Assembly (NCBI GenBank): GCA_964520545.1
Contig: CAZFOD010000001.1
Location: 57,969 to 121,968 of the forward strand
Length of the DNA stretch: 64,000 nucleotides
From: an uncultured Candidatus Saccharibacteria bacterium
Lineage (GTDB): Bacteria > Patescibacteriota > Minisyncoccia > Phycocordibacterales > CAIZLB01
Reading direction: 5' to 3'
Below the pieces are notes generated by a model. It saw only the letters and a program-made list of their open reading frames with translations, searched no databases and was not told the origin of the DNA. The translations under genes and the position numbers were made by a program. This document shows positions 17,493 through 28,235 of the stretch, piece after piece (positions within the stretch are counted from its first letter, which is position 1; every line of letters begins with the position of its first letter).

Positions 17493-18248
17493 ATGAATAA
17501 AGAATTGAAACAAGTTGTTTTGTTTACAGACGGGTCATCTAGGGGTAATCCAGGGAAGGGTGGCTGGGGAGCTGTAATGATATATCCTGACTCTCACGGT
17601 GTCTTGAGAGTAGACGAACTTGGTGGTCGTGAAGATATGACTACTAATAACCGGATGGAGATAAGTGCAGCCGCTCTCGGACTTATGCACATAGATGGTT
17701 TCTATGAAAACTTAAGTGACGTATCTTTTGTTATTTACATCGACTCTGCATATGTTGTAAACGGTGCTACCAAATGGATTCATGGTTGGAGAAAAAACAA
17801 TTGGATATCAAGCACAAAAGAACCTGTGAAGAATCAGGATCTTTGGGAACAATTAGCAATTGCAATTGAAGGTAAGAAAATTGAATGGAGATTAGTTCCT
17901 GGGCATGCTGGTGTTCCTGGAAACGAACGGTGTGATGTTATTGCTACTTCTTTTGCTGATAACGAACCGACAGATTTGTATACTGGACCACTATCTCAAT
18001 ATGAAATCAAAGACATCTTAGATGTTCTAAAAACTAACCATGCTGATATCCCTAAAAATCCAAACAAGAAATCATCATCAAATAAGACAAAGGCATATTC
18101 TTATGTGAGTGCAATTGATGGAAAGGTTCAAACTCATGCGACATGGGCAGAGTGTGAAGCAAGAGTAAAAGGAAAAAGTGGTGCTAGGTTCAAGAAATCT
18201 ATTTCCCCACAAGATGAGAAAGATATCATGAGTGAATTCTCAGCGTAG
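17493..18248 (+). CDS. rnhA: Ribonuclease HI with a C-terminal viroplasmin-like hybrid-binding domain
   Basis: FTDGSSRGNPG, TNNRME, KNQDLW, GHAG..GNERCD; C-terminal TWAECEARVKG...FKK. Confidence 0.9.
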   Translation: MNKELKQVVLFTDGSSRGNPGKGGWGAVMIYPDSHGVLRVDELGGREDMTTNNRMEISAAALGLMHIDGFYENLSDVSFVIYIDSAYVVNGATKWIHGWRKNNWISSTKEPVKNQDLWEQLAIAIEGKKIEWRLVPGHAGVPGNERCDVIATSFADNEPTDLYTGPLSQYEIKDILDVLKTNHADIPKNPNKKSSSNKTKAYSYVSAIDGKVQTHATWAECEARVKGKSGARFKKSISPQDEKDIMSEFSA

Positions 18249-18303
18249 GATTTTAAATATATTTTAGGTTTTCTTTGTGTTTGATTGATGCTCTGTTAGT
18301 AAC

Positions 18304-19674
18304 ATGGAGTATGTGAAGAAGTTGGAAGCGGCGATCATTGTTGTAGTGGTGATCGTTTGCGTCTGCAGATTCTTCACAAAGGAACGAGATGATTATGTAC
18401 TTGCCCCGTTTGAGGGTATGAACATTGCAGTTGAAGGGGTGATTGTGGGTGAACCAGAATTGCGAACAAATGGAATGAGAGTGCTTCTTGATGTTGGCAA
18501 GGTTTCTCTTTTTAAGGAAAGAACAAAACAAACTTCTCACGTAATTGAGCGAGATAATCATTTTGTTCTCGCGACTATTCAGACATCAATTGATCTTAGT
18601 TATGGAGACTTAATTGAGATTGAAGGAAAGTTTGAAAGACCGGGGATAATTGTTGGAGATGATGGTCGAAGTTTCGACTACCCTCATTACTTAGGTAAGG
18701 ACGGAATTTATTTTCTTTTAAAGGGAAATAAAGTTACACGTATATCTCGCCATCAAGGAAGTCGGGTGAAGGAATATTTATTCAGTATTAAACAGGCATT
18801 CATTGATCGCATAAATGAATCGATGCCGGAGCCGTATTCACTTTTGGCTAGTGGCCTCGTTGTGGCTGGGAAGGGAGCATTAAGTGATGATCTTGAAGAG
18901 CAGTTTAAGCGAGTTGGATTGATTCACATTGTCGTACTTTCTGGATCGAACGTCACGATTATCGCTGAGGCTATAACAAGAGCTCTGTCGTTACTGCCAA
19001 AGTATATTGCAGCAGCAGGTGGAATATTCGGAATTATTGCTTTCACTATCATTGCAGGTACAAGCGCTACTGTTGTCCGTTCAGCGATCATGTCTATCGT
19101 CGCAGTTCTAGCCAACACTTTTGGGCGCTCGACAGATGCACTGCGCGCATTGGTGATTGCAGCATGCGGTATGACCATATTGAACCCTGACATTGTCCTT
19201 TACGATCCGTCTTTTCAATTGAGTTTCACTGGCACCTTGGGATTGATATTACTTGGAGACCAGACCTCTAGATGGTTCCATTGGATACCCAAGCGAGGCG
19301 GGTTACGGGAAATAGTTTCAGCATCTGTTGCAAGTCAGATTAGTATCACTCCGATGATATTACATATGTCGGGAATGTTTTCTTTCGTCTCACTCCTCGT
19401 TAATATCTTGGTCCTTCCTCTCCTCCCTCTGACAATGCTCATGGTGTTTGTCACTGGGTGCCTGCGTTTCATCAGTTCAGTTTTATCGGTACCAACTTTA
19501 GTTGTTTCATACGCCCTGCTTGGGTATGAGCTCAAAATAGTAGATTTCTTTTCTAGGTGGCAATATGCTGCAACTACGATTCCTGCATTGTCCTGGCTTG
19601 CTGTCTTTGGAATATACGTAATGTATATATTGATATATATGGCGTATCGCATCTACAAAAAATCTCGCCAGTAG
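18304..19674 (+). CDS. comEC: ComEC/Rec2 competence membrane domain
   Basis: OB region, GLIHIVVLSGSNV, VRSAIM, PSFQLSF and multiple TM helices. Confidence 0.9.
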   Translation: MEYVKKLEAAIIVVVVIVCVCRFFTKERDDYVLAPFEGMNIAVEGVIVGEPELRTNGMRVLLDVGKVSLFKERTKQTSHVIERDNHFVLATIQTSIDLSYGDLIEIEGKFERPGIIVGDDGRSFDYPHYLGKDGIYFLLKGNKVTRISRHQGSRVKEYLFSIKQAFIDRINESMPEPYSLLASGLVVAGKGALSDDLEEQFKRVGLIHIVVLSGSNVTIIAEAITRALSLLPKYIAAAGGIFGIIAFTIIAGTSATVVRSAIMSIVAVLANTFGRSTDALRALVIAACGMTILNPDIVLYDPSFQLSFTGTLGLILLGDQTSRWFHWIPKRGGLREIVSASVASQISITPMILHMSGMFSFVSLLVNILVLPLLPLTMLMVFVTGCLRFISSVLSVPTLVVSYALLGYELKIVDFFSRWQYAATTIPALSWLAVFGIYVMYILIYMAYRIYKKSRQ

Positions 19675-19730
19675 ATGACGAGATTTCTGTGAAACTCCAT
19701 ATATGGGGAGGTTCTTGTCTGGAGAGGGGG

Positions 19731-20324
19731 TTAAGCGATATATGATGCGAAACGTTCCTCAATCTTTTTCCCGTTGATGTTCTTGAAGAATGCGTCAACA
19801 TACTTTTTCTTTTCAGATGGAGCGTAGTCGAGCATGTATGAGTGCTCCCACATGTCGAGTGCGAGTACGACCCTGAGTCCAATGAGATGTCCTAAATGCT
19901 GTTCGTCTACCCACGCATTTAAAAGTCTTTTTGTTGTTGGGTCGTAGTACATGATTGCCCATCCAATACCCCGAGTCATTGCGATAGCCTTGAATCGTGT
20001 TAGTGCTACATCAAGGCTACCCCATTCACTTGCGATTGCTGTTGCGAGTGCGCTGTCAGAAGAAAGATCAGATGCGCCACCTTCAAATTGTTCGAAGTAA
20101 TATTCATGGTTTCTCATACCGTCGAATTCAAATCCAAAACGTCGCTGCAACTCACCGAGAACGTACGCGTTCTTTTCTGAGTCTACAGAATATTCAGCAA
20201 TTTTATCGATAATTAAATTTGAGTGTTTAACATACCCCGCATAGAGCTTTAAATGTTCCTCAATTGACTTTGCTCCGATGCCGTTGAGTGTTCCGATATC
20301 AAACTTTCTTTCTACAAATGACAT
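19731..20324 (-). CDS. Fe/Mn superoxide dismutase family protein
   Basis: EEHLKLY, NHEYYF and LDMWEHSY metal ligands. Start is 20324 or 20336. Confidence 0.88.
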   Translation of the reverse strand: MSFVERKFDIGTLNGIGAKSIEEHLKLYAGYVKHSNLIIDKIAEYSVDSEKNAYVLGELQRRFGFEFDGMRNHEYYFEQFEGGASDLSSDSALATAIASEWGSLDVALTRFKAIAMTRGIGWAIMYYDPTTKRLLNAWVDEQHLGHLIGLRVVLALDMWEHSYMLDYAPSEKKKYVDAFFKNINGKKIEERFASYIA

Positions 20325-20338
20325 ATATTTTTTCATTA

Positions 20339-21247
20339 GTGCAACGTGCCCAAGAGATCTTTAAGCAAACGCGCGAGTTAATAACGGGTCTAGTATATCA
20401 CGCGACGACACCCCTCGTCTGTGTCATATTGGCAGTAGTCTTATGTGCCGTTGATGTGTATATGTACACCAACGAGGTACATACAGATTTGCTTAAAGTT
20501 TCATTTCTTGATGTCGGACAAGGGGATGCAACATTAATTCAGATGCCAGGGAGACAGACGATATTAATTGATGGCGGACAATCTAACAGTCCAATACTTT
20601 CAAGACTCGGTGAAGAAATTCCATTCTATCGTCATCGCATCGATATTGTCATTGCGACTCATCCGGATGCTGATCATATCGGAGGTATTCCGAAAGTCAT
20701 TGAACGATATGACCCGCAACTTGTATTAGAGTCTGGTGTTCATGCAGATACATGGATAGACGAATCTCTACAAAAAAAGATTGTTGAAAGAAATATTCCA
20801 GCACTGCGTGCGAGAAAGGGTATAAAGATTTTGTCTGGCAACGCATCTCTCGAAATATTGTTTCCAGATAGAAATGTTGATTCGTGGATTAAAAAAACAA
20901 ATGATGCATCGATAGTGGCGCGACTAGAATATAGTTCAACGTCATTTATGTTTATGGGTGATTCCCCCGTTGGTGTTGAACATTTGCTCGCTTCCAAGAA
21001 AGCGCTCACGCATATTGATGTTCTTAAGGTAGGTCATCATGGTTCAAGGACTTCTACGTCGGACGAGTTTGTTAAAAAGATTTCCCCAAAGTTTGCAGTC
21101 ATCTCTGCTGGTAAGAAAAATAGATACGGGCATCCTCACGAAGAGGTCTTAAAAGTTCTTGAAAAAAATATGGTGGAGGTTTTTAGAACTGATATGCGTG
21201 GAACTGTTCAAATGCAAAGTGATGGTAAACGTTTGTATGTTGATTGA
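20339..21247 (+). CDS. ComEC-associated metallo-beta-lactamase-fold nuclease
   Basis: FLDVGQGDA, THPDADHIGG, KVGHHGS and NRYGHPH motifs. Start uncertain (20318 or 20339). Confidence 0.88.
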   Translation: MQRAQEIFKQTRELITGLVYHATTPLVCVILAVVLCAVDVYMYTNEVHTDLLKVSFLDVGQGDATLIQMPGRQTILIDGGQSNSPILSRLGEEIPFYRHRIDIVIATHPDADHIGGIPKVIERYDPQLVLESGVHADTWIDESLQKKIVERNIPALRARKGIKILSGNASLEILFPDRNVDSWIKKTNDASIVARLEYSSTSFMFMGDSPVGVEHLLASKKALTHIDVLKVGHHGSRTSTSDEFVKKISPKFAVISAGKKNRYGHPHEEVLKVLEKNMVEVFRTDMRGTVQMQSDGKRLYVD

Positions 21248-21283
21248 CGGGTATATTGTTTCTCCGTATCATGCTCGAAAGAT

Positions 21284-21694
21284 ATGGTTAAAATCGAAAA
21301 AGCAGGTGGAATACGCATCATTCATTATTTCCTTCACCGGATACCGACGAATCGCATCCATCTTCACGCAGTATTCCGTTTTGGCGGCCGTCCGCCAGAC
21401 GCACATGGACTTCCAGTGCCAACCCCACCGGAAGTACTACAGTTCATCAAGATTGGTTTTGGGGAAGTAATCCTGTTTGGGGAAGATGAAGTGTCCCCAC
21501 AGGCCGTTATCAGTCTGATCTTAAAGTACGATGAAAGAGCGAAAGGACTTGATGTGTTCGTTGAACTCAAGCAAGTTCTTTGTCCCGATGACATCGCGGG
21601 AATGAATCCGACTCGACTCGACATCCGAATCGCCGCACATACCTCTCTGGTTGTGAAGCTGGAGCATCTGGTCGGTGCGACGGGTTGCCAGTAG
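21284..21694 (+). CDS. Hypothetical protein
   Basis: 136-aa ORF with its own TTGACG-17-TATCAT promoter and a downstream hairpin at 21710-21742. Confidence 0.5.
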   Translation: MVKIEKAGGIRIIHYFLHRIPTNRIHLHAVFRFGGRPPDAHGLPVPTPPEVLQFIKIGFGEVILFGEDEVSPQAVISLILKYDERAKGLDVFVELKQVLCPDDIAGMNPTRLDIRIAAHTSLVVKLEHLVGATGCQ

Positions 21695-21752
21695 AATGAA
21701 CGTAACGAAAAACGCCGCAGACCCTTGAGGTCCGCGGCGTTTAACCTTTTTA

Positions 21753-21995
21753 TTAGATCAAACCTGCTTTCTTGAGAGTGGCAAAAGCACCATTCTTCTG
21801 GATTGTCTTGATTGCCTTTGTAGAGATAGTAAGAACCATAGTCTTTTTCAACTCAGGGATATAGACCCTCTTCTTCTGGAGGTTTACATACTTCCGGGTC
21901 ATACCCGTTGGGTTAAACTTCTCGGCTCGAGTCTCGTTAGAATAGCCTCCTCCTCGAAGTGAACCTCTTTTTGTGATTGCGCATACTTTTGCCAT
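21753..21995 (-). CDS. rpmB: 50S ribosomal protein L28
   Basis: MAKVCAITKR...NLQKKRVYIPE...ISTKAIKTI; true start is internal to the track ORF. Confidence 0.9.
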   Translation of the reverse strand: MAKVCAITKRGSLRGGGYSNETRAEKFNPTGMTRKYVNLQKKRVYIPELKKTMVLTISTKAIKTIQKNGAFATLKKAGLI

Positions 21996-22038
21996 GTGTT
22001 CCAACATGCTATCATATTGTTTACGAAACGCAAATCCC

Positions 22039-22647
22039 ATGACCGCCCTCTTTTCCATCCTTATATTGGTAATATCTGTAGTCGTCCATGAGGTAGCCCA
22101 TGGCCTTGCTGCACTTTGGCAGGGAGACCCAACTGCAAAATATGCAAGAAGGTTAACCTTGAATCCTATAAAGCACATAGATCCAGTAGGATCTGTCATA
22201 GTTCCTCTCATTTGCGCCCTATTTCCAGGGGGAATCATGTTCGGCTGGGCAAAGCCCGTGCCTATAAATCCATATAACTTCAGGAATCCTCGAGCAGGGG
22301 AGGCTATTGTTTCGTTCGCGGGACCATTCTCCAATATCGTAATTGCCCTTATTTTCGGCCTTATATTACGCTTTTATGTAGATATGCTGCCTGCTCCTAC
22401 GATTACCATATTGGCTATTGTAGTACTCACTAATATTGTATTGGCCATCTTCAACCTCATGCCTGTACCCCCTTTGGATGGTTCGAAGATACTTTTCTCC
22501 ATACTTCCTGAAAGTATGGCTAATTTCAAGGCCACAATGGATCGATATGGAATGGTTTTGGCCATTTTCTTCATATTTTTCATCTGGCAGATCTTCACCC
22601 CTTTGATATTCAAGGCTTTTACTCTCGTAACAGGGTTGAGTATATAG
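22039..22647 (+). CDS. Site-2 protease (M50 family)
   Basis: HEVAHG, GDPT, AGPFSN and FNLMPVPPLDG motifs. Confidence 0.92.
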   Translation: MTALFSILILVISVVVHEVAHGLAALWQGDPTAKYARRLTLNPIKHIDPVGSVIVPLICALFPGGIMFGWAKPVPINPYNFRNPRAGEAIVSFAGPFSNIVIALIFGLILRFYVDMLPAPTITILAIVVLTNIVLAIFNLMPVPPLDGSKILFSILPESMANFKATMDRYGMVLAIFFIFFIWQIFTPLIFKAFTLVTGLSI

Positions 22648-22721
22648 TTGCAATTACTACATATATATAGTAATCTAGCCCTACTGTATTTTTGTTTTCA
22701 AAAAGGCAGAAAAAATAAGAA

Positions 22722-23138
22722 ATGCCAACATTAAATCAACTCATTAAGAAGAATCGTTCAAAGACACGACGTAAGAGTAAAGCTATTGCTCTCACTCGTG
22801 GTTTTAACGTTCTCAAGAACCGCCCTATTTTCTACAACTCTCCATTCAAGCGAGGTGTTTGCTCTAAGGTAACTACAAAGACTCCAAAGAAGCCTAACTC
22901 AGCTATTCGAAAGATTGCCCGAGTTCGACTTACTAACGGTATGGAAGTTACCGCATACATCCCGGGTGAAGGTCACAATCTTCAGGAGCACTCAGTGGTA
23001 CTCCTTCGAGGTGGACGAGTAAAGGACGTAGGTATCCGATATACAATTGTTCGAGGAAAACTCGATACAGCTGGTGTTGAAAAGCGACGAAAGGAGCGAT
23101 CAGCATACGGTACAAAGCGACCAAAGGCAGCAAAGTAA
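22722..23138 (+). CDS. rpsL: 30S ribosomal protein S12
   Basis: [29 protein letters not shown]. Confidence 0.98.
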   Translation: MPTLNQLIKKNRSKTRRKSKAIALTRGFNVLKNRPIFYNSPFKRGVCSKVTTKTPKKPNSAIRKIARVRLTNGMEVTAYIPGEGHNLQEHSVVLLRGGRVKDVGIRYTIVRGKLDTAGVEKRRKERSAYGTKRPKAAK

Positions 23139-23227
23139 AAGAAACATATAGAGTAAGTATTTCGCAAAGCGGCGAGATGGCTGAATAAAATCTATAAATT
23201 ATTACAGAAAATTAAACAAATAAAGAA

Positions 23228-23698
23228 ATGCGACGAAAAGTAAAAAATCGAAATATTGTAACAGCAGAAGCAAAGTATAACTCTGAGGTTCTTGCTAAGT
23301 TCATCAACTATTGTATGTGGGATGGTAAGAAGGAAACAGCACGACGAGTAGTTTACGATGCTCTTGAAACTATCAAGGAAAAAGCTAAAACAGAAAATCC
23401 AATGGAGATTTTCGATACAGCAATGAAGAACGCTGGTCCAATGGTAGAGGTGCGATCACGACGAGTGGGAGGTGCTAACTACCAGGTTCCACGAGAAGTT
23501 CGACCAGAACGACGATCATATCTCGCTATGCGATGGATCATCGATGCAGCTCGAGCAAAGAAGGGAAAAGATATGCGTTTCAAGCTTGCTGACGAACTAA
23601 TTGCAGCTGCTAACAACGAAGGTGAAGCAATCAAGAAGCGTGATAACACGCATAAGATGGCAGAAGCCAACAAGGCATTCGCACACTTCGCTTGGTAA
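23228..23698 (+). CDS. rpsG: 30S ribosomal protein S7
   Basis: RRVGGANYQVP, HKMAEANKAFAH. Confidence 0.98.
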   Translation: MRRKVKNRNIVTAEAKYNSEVLAKFINYCMWDGKKETARRVVYDALETIKEKAKTENPMEIFDTAMKNAGPMVEVRSRRVGGANYQVPREVRPERRSYLAMRWIIDAARAKKGKDMRFKLADELIAAANNEGEAIKKRDNTHKMAEANKAFAHFAW

Positions 23699-23711
23699 TT
23701 TAGGGATAAGA

Positions 23712-23742
23712 AAACAAAAGACCCGAAAGGGTCTTTTGTGTT
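23712..23742 (+). terminator. Intrinsic terminator after rpsG
   Basis: CAAAAGACCC-GAAA-GGGTCTTTTG. Confidence 0.7.
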
Positions 23743-23795
23743 TCGGGTAAAGTTCGCACTTAAAAAGTATCAGATTGTTATATAATCGTATCAAT

Positions 23796-24623
23796 ATGGA
23801 AAGTTTCAACATTCATGAATTATCGGGTCCGGTGAGAAATATTGTACGCCCACTTATTGCCCGGGGCTTAGAAGATTCTTTCCAGTCTCAGGGTATCGAT
23901 GGTTTTTATAAATTCACCAGAGAGTATCTTGAAACTGCTAATGCACGTCCAGAATTCGTGAAGGAGTCGGATCCTAAATTTTCAGAATGGAGAAGGAGAC
24001 TGAATACTGAAAGAGGAATAATGATATCTAATCATCCAGGAGTCTTGGATGCGCCGTTACTAGTACAGGCATTGCAGCGATCAGATTTGAAAATTGTAGT
24101 TAATGAGAAACTATATAACGAGACAAAGGGAATGGCTGTAAATAGTCTCTTTATATCAGCACTCAGCAATTCTGTAGCAGAAGTTAAGGGTGTCTTATCG
24201 GAAATGAACAAGCATATTAAAGACGGAGGTCTTCTTTGGATATTCCCAACCGGGATGGTAACAGATGGAGATATAGATGCCGAGTTTGCTTCCGGGTTGA
24301 GACATCTCATTTCAAATCTAGATGACGCTGATATGGTGTATGCATTTCATATAGATAGAGAGAGTCTCGGAACTGCGGGAAATACTTTAAAGATAAATAG
24401 TGGGGTGATTGCGGATTTTCTTGATTTGCCCTATCTTAACCCAAACTCCCATCGAGATATGACAATCGTTAAAATAGATGAATCTTGTACAAGTGCTGGT
24501 GAATGGAAGGAGGCAATGTCACAGGTAACGAAGTCTGATAAAAATAGAGCATTGACTGACCACTACTTAACCATGTTTGGAATAACGGAAGATGAGCTTG
24601 AAAGGCGTCAGAAGGATTCTTAG
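23796..24623 (+). CDS. PlsC/LPLAT-like acyltransferase
   Basis: ISNHPGVLD (HX4D motif) and LWIFPTG (FPEG-like block). Confidence 0.65.
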   Translation: MESFNIHELSGPVRNIVRPLIARGLEDSFQSQGIDGFYKFTREYLETANARPEFVKESDPKFSEWRRRLNTERGIMISNHPGVLDAPLLVQALQRSDLKIVVNEKLYNETKGMAVNSLFISALSNSVAEVKGVLSEMNKHIKDGGLLWIFPTGMVTDGDIDAEFASGLRHLISNLDDADMVYAFHIDRESLGTAGNTLKINSGVIADFLDLPYLNPNSHRDMTIVKIDESCTSAGEWKEAMSQVTKSDKNRALTDHYLTMFGITEDELERRQKDS

Positions 24624-24768
24624 AGGGCTTATGTTTTGTTGCCAACCCCTCGATTTAATGCTATTTTACTGCTACGACTTTTAGTCTCTCTTAGTTAGCT
24701 AAAACTGCCTTAAGTCGGTGCATTATTAACTGGTGGCGCAAGCCTCAAACTTATTCAATAAATTATTT

Positions 24769-26913
24769 ATGAATCGAGATTATCCATTAGAGAAAGTAAG
24801 AAACTTCGGTATCATCGCCCACATCGATGCGGGTAAGACAACTACGTCTGAGCGTATCCTTTACTACACCGGTATGTCACACAAGATCGGTGAAGTGCAC
24901 GAAGGAGAAGCGACCACCGACTGGATGGAACAGGAAAAGGAGCGAGGTATTACAATTACCGCCGCTGCTATTACTTGTTTCTGGAACCCAACTTACATGG
25001 GTAAGGATAAGTCACAAATGCACCGATTCAATATTATCGATACTCCTGGCCACGTGGATTTCACTGTGGAAGTTGAACGATCTCTTAAGGTACTCGACGG
25101 TGGAGTTGTTGTGTTCGACGGCGTTGCCGGCGTAGAACCACAGTCTGAAACAGTATGGCGACAGGCTGACAAGTACAACGTTCCTCGAGTTTGTTTCATT
25201 AACAAGCTTGATCGAACAGGTGCATCATTCGAACGATCATATGCATCTATTCTTAGCCGATTGAATAAGAACGCTGTACGAATGCAGCTTCCTATTGGTT
25301 TCGAAGGTGATTTCGAAGCTGTTGTAGATCTTCTTACCATGAAGGCATATCACTTTGAAGGTGATATGGGTAGCACAGTAGTTGAAAAGGAAATTCCTGC
25401 TGATATGGTTGCTGATGCAACAAAGTATCGAGCAGAGCTTGTTGAGAAGATTGTTGAATTTGAAGATTCAATGATGAACGCATACCTTGAAGGTAAGACA
25501 GACTTCACAATTCCTGAACTTAAAGCAGCTCTTCGAAAGGGAGTTATCGCTGGTAAAATCTTCCCAGTATTTACTGGTTCAGCTTTGAAGAACAAAGGAA
25601 CACAGCTCATTCTTGATGCTGTTGTCGACTATCTCCCATCTCCACTCGATGTTCCTCCAGTAAAAGGAATTGATCCTAATACAAACGAAGAAATTCTTCG
25701 ACATGCGTCTGATGAAGAACCGTTTGCTGCTCTTGCTTTCAAACTTCAGACAGATCCATTTGTAGGACAGCTTACCTTCTTCCGTGTGTACTCAGGTACT
25801 ATCGAAGCTGGTTCATATATTTACAATTCTACAACAGGAAACAAGGAACGACTTGGACGAATCGTACGACTTCAGGCTAACAAGCGAGAAGAAGTAAAGA
25901 AGGTGTACGCCGGTGAAATTGCAGCTGCCGTAGGTCTTAAGGAGGCGAAGACATCTCATACATTCTGCGATGAGAACAAGCCAATCATTCTTGATCCGAT
26001 TAAGTTTGCTGATCCTGTAGTGTCACTTCGAATCGAGCCAAAGACAAAAGCTGATCAGGAAAAGATGGGAAGCGCTTTGAAAAAGCTTGGCGATGAAGAT
26101 CCAACTTTCCGAATTTCTTCAAACCCTGAAACAGGAGAAACAATCATCTCAGGTATGGGTGAACTTCACCTTGAAATTATGGTTGATCGAATGAAGCGAG
26201 AGTTTGCTGTTGAAGCAAATGTCGGTAAGCCTCAAGTAGCATATCGAGAAACAATTCTCGGTGAAGCAGAGGAGGAGTATAAGTACATCAAGCAGTCTGG
26301 AGGTAAGGGTCAGTACGGACACGTACGACTTAAGCTTAAGAAGCTTGAACCATGGGAAGAAGGAAAGAAACTTCCAAAGAATGTTCATCGAGATGAAAAC
26401 TTTGAATTCATCGACTCAATTAAGGGAGGTGTTATTCCAATCGAATTTATCCCTGCTGTTGAAAAGGGTGTGAAGGAAGCAATGGAACGAGGTATTGTTG
26501 CAGGTTTCCCAATGGTAGGTATTTCATGTGAACTTCTCTTCGGTTCATACCACGATGTAGACTCATCTGAAATTGCATACAAGATTGCTGCTTCTCAAGC
26601 TTTCCAAGCTGGAGCAAAGCGAGCACGACCAGTTATTCTTGAACCGATCATGAAAGTAGAGTGTGTTATGCCTGAACAGTTCATGGGTGACGTAACAGGA
26701 TCTCTTTCATCAAAGCGAGGTCAGATTGAAGGTATGGAAGATCGAGGTTTGAACAAGGTTATTAAGGCAACTGTTCCTCTATCTGAAATGTTCGGATATA
26801 CAACTGACATCAGATCAATGACACAAGGTCGTGGATCAATGACAATGGAATTCGATCACTACGATGTAGTGCCGCCAAACGTTGAGAAGGTGATTGCTGA
26901 ATCAAGAAAGTAA
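24769..26913 (+). CDS. fusA: Elongation factor G
   Basis: [31 protein letters not shown]. Confidence 0.98.
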   Translation: MNRDYPLEKVRNFGIIAHIDAGKTTTSERILYYTGMSHKIGEVHEGEATTDWMEQEKERGITITAAAITCFWNPTYMGKDKSQMHRFNIIDTPGHVDFTVEVERSLKVLDGGVVVFDGVAGVEPQSETVWRQADKYNVPRVCFINKLDRTGASFERSYASILSRLNKNAVRMQLPIGFEGDFEAVVDLLTMKAYHFEGDMGSTVVEKEIPADMVADATKYRAELVEKIVEFEDSMMNAYLEGKTDFTIPELKAALRKGVIAGKIFPVFTGSALKNKGTQLILDAVVDYLPSPLDVPPVKGIDPNTNEEILRHASDEEPFAALAFKLQTDPFVGQLTFFRVYSGTIEAGSYIYNSTTGNKERLGRIVRLQANKREEVKKVYAGEIAAAVGLKEAKTSHTFCDENKPIILDPIKFADPVVSLRIEPKTKADQEKMGSALKKLGDEDPTFRISSNPETGETIISGMGELHLEIMVDRMKREFAVEANVGKPQVAYRETILGEAEEEYKYIKQSGGKGQYGHVRLKLKKLEPWEEGKKLPKNVHRDENFEFIDSIKGGVIPIEFIPAVEKGVKEAMERGIVAGFPMVGISCELLFGSYHDVDSSEIAYKIAASQAFQAGAKRARPVILEPIMKVECVMPEQFMGDVTGSLSSKRGQIEGMEDRGLNKVIKATVPLSEMFGYTTDIRSMTQGRGSMTMEFDHYDVVPPNVEKVIAESRK

Positions 26914-27049
26914 GGTTACTAAACAAAAACTCCCGAGCAATCGGGGGTTTTTGTTTATATATTGACCATTTTTATGCTTGAGAGTATTATCAAAAAACCG
27001 AGAGCTTGGAGTTGAATACATCCCATCCGAGAAGTCGAGGTAAGCACAC

Positions 27050-27434
27050 ATGAAAAGTTGGAGATTCTTAAGCGGCTTTGCAGCTGCTTTCATTGTTGGA
27101 ATCGCGGGATACGGCACCCCAAAGTTGCCAATTTCCCCGAACTCAGTCGTTCTGACTGTGGTCCCCGAGCAGCCGACGGTCCAGTTGGCAGTTCCTAGGG
27201 GAGTCCACCAACTCCTCTTTTCCACCAGTCAGATTCACCGCACTGCACGTCCTGAGTACGTCGTATGTGCAAAAGAAGCATGGTTACCCAAGGGCCCACG
27301 GCCCTTCCTCGCGGACTCGAGTGGCCCAAAGGGCCAGTTTCGGATCCACGAGGATCCTGGGAAAAGAAATCCTCGGCGGGATTTCATGAGACTGACGCCT
27401 CGCCCCTACACTGTGGGGGCGAGGCGTACTTTTT
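27050..27434 (+). other. Small secreted-type ORF unit that reads through its terminator in frame into tyrA
   Basis: Promoter TTGACC-17-TATTAT (26962-26990), SD GAGGT, ATG 27050 with a signal-like N-terminus, and a terminator at 27396-27434 with no in-frame stop before it. Confidence 0.4.
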
Positions 27435-27475
27435 TATCTCGGACAATTGTCTTACGTTTGTATATACTAAAGGTT

Positions 27476-28234
27476 ATGAAAATTGCAGTGATTGGAGGAA
27501 CAGGGGGAATGGGACAATCTCTGATTCGTTTTTTTAATCTGCATGGTTTGAATGCCATTGCGGTAGGAAGGAAAACCTCAATCCCAAAGCAAATTCTTGA
27601 AAGTGCAGATGTCATCGTCATCTCAGTTCCATCGAATAGTATTTCCTACGCTGTAAATCTTTTGAAACCTTTAAAGCTTTCAAAGAAACTGATAGTAAGT
27701 TTGGGTTCAGTTATGTCAAAAGATGAAAAAGCCCTAAAGCCTTTGCGCTCTAAGATCCTGCATCTTCATCAGCTTTTTGGCCCAAATACCTTTCCGTACG
27801 ATGGTCAGAAGGTTATTGTATCTGGAAATGTTTCAAATCCGTACGCGAAGAAGCTCATATTACTGTTGAAGAAGAATAAGGTTCAAGTGATGAGTCTCAC
27901 AATTAAAGCACACGACTCCTTGATGTCTAAGATTCAAGCACTTTCACAGTTTTCAATAATTTCACTCGCGAAGACACTTTCTGAGGGAGGAGGTAACAAG
28001 AAAGATCTTCTCGCAGCGTCTACCGTTACTTTTGGTATGACTGCTAGGAATATTGAGCGTATTTTGGCTCAAAAGGCCGATTTGTGGGCTTTTCTTCAGT
28101 TTGAGAACCCATTTGTACTTAAATTATTAAAAGGACATTTAAATAATGTGCAGTTAATGATTAAAACGGCTAAGAATAAGGATTATAAGAAGTTTGAACA
28201 GATTTTTAATAAAACTGCGAAGTTTTGGAAATAA
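27476..28234 (+). CDS. tyrA: Prephenate/arogenate dehydrogenase family protein
   Basis: MKIAVIGGTGGMG Rossmann motif, DVIVISVP, H.LFGP and HDSLMSKIQALSQ. Some catalytic positions look divergent. Confidence 0.78.
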   Translation: MKIAVIGGTGGMGQSLIRFFNLHGLNAIAVGRKTSIPKQILESADVIVISVPSNSISYAVNLLKPLKLSKKLIVSLGSVMSKDEKALKPLRSKILHLHQLFGPNTFPYDGQKVIVSGNVSNPYAKKLILLLKKNKVQVMSLTIKAHDSLMSKIQALSQFSIISLAKTLSEGGGNKKDLLAASTVTFGMTARNIERILAQKADLWAFLQFENPFVLKLLKGHLNNVQLMIKTAKNKDYKKFEQIFNKTAKFWK

Positions 28235-28235
28235 A

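Noticed and set aside
21753-22334. 193-aa minus-strand ORF as a single gene
   Set aside because: Only the last 80 aa are L28; the upstream part is the antisense of the site-2 protease gene.
27050-27434. T-box riboswitch upstream of tyrA
   Set aside because: A terminator is present but no T-box consensus (GGUGGNACCGCG) or specifier-loop motifs were found.
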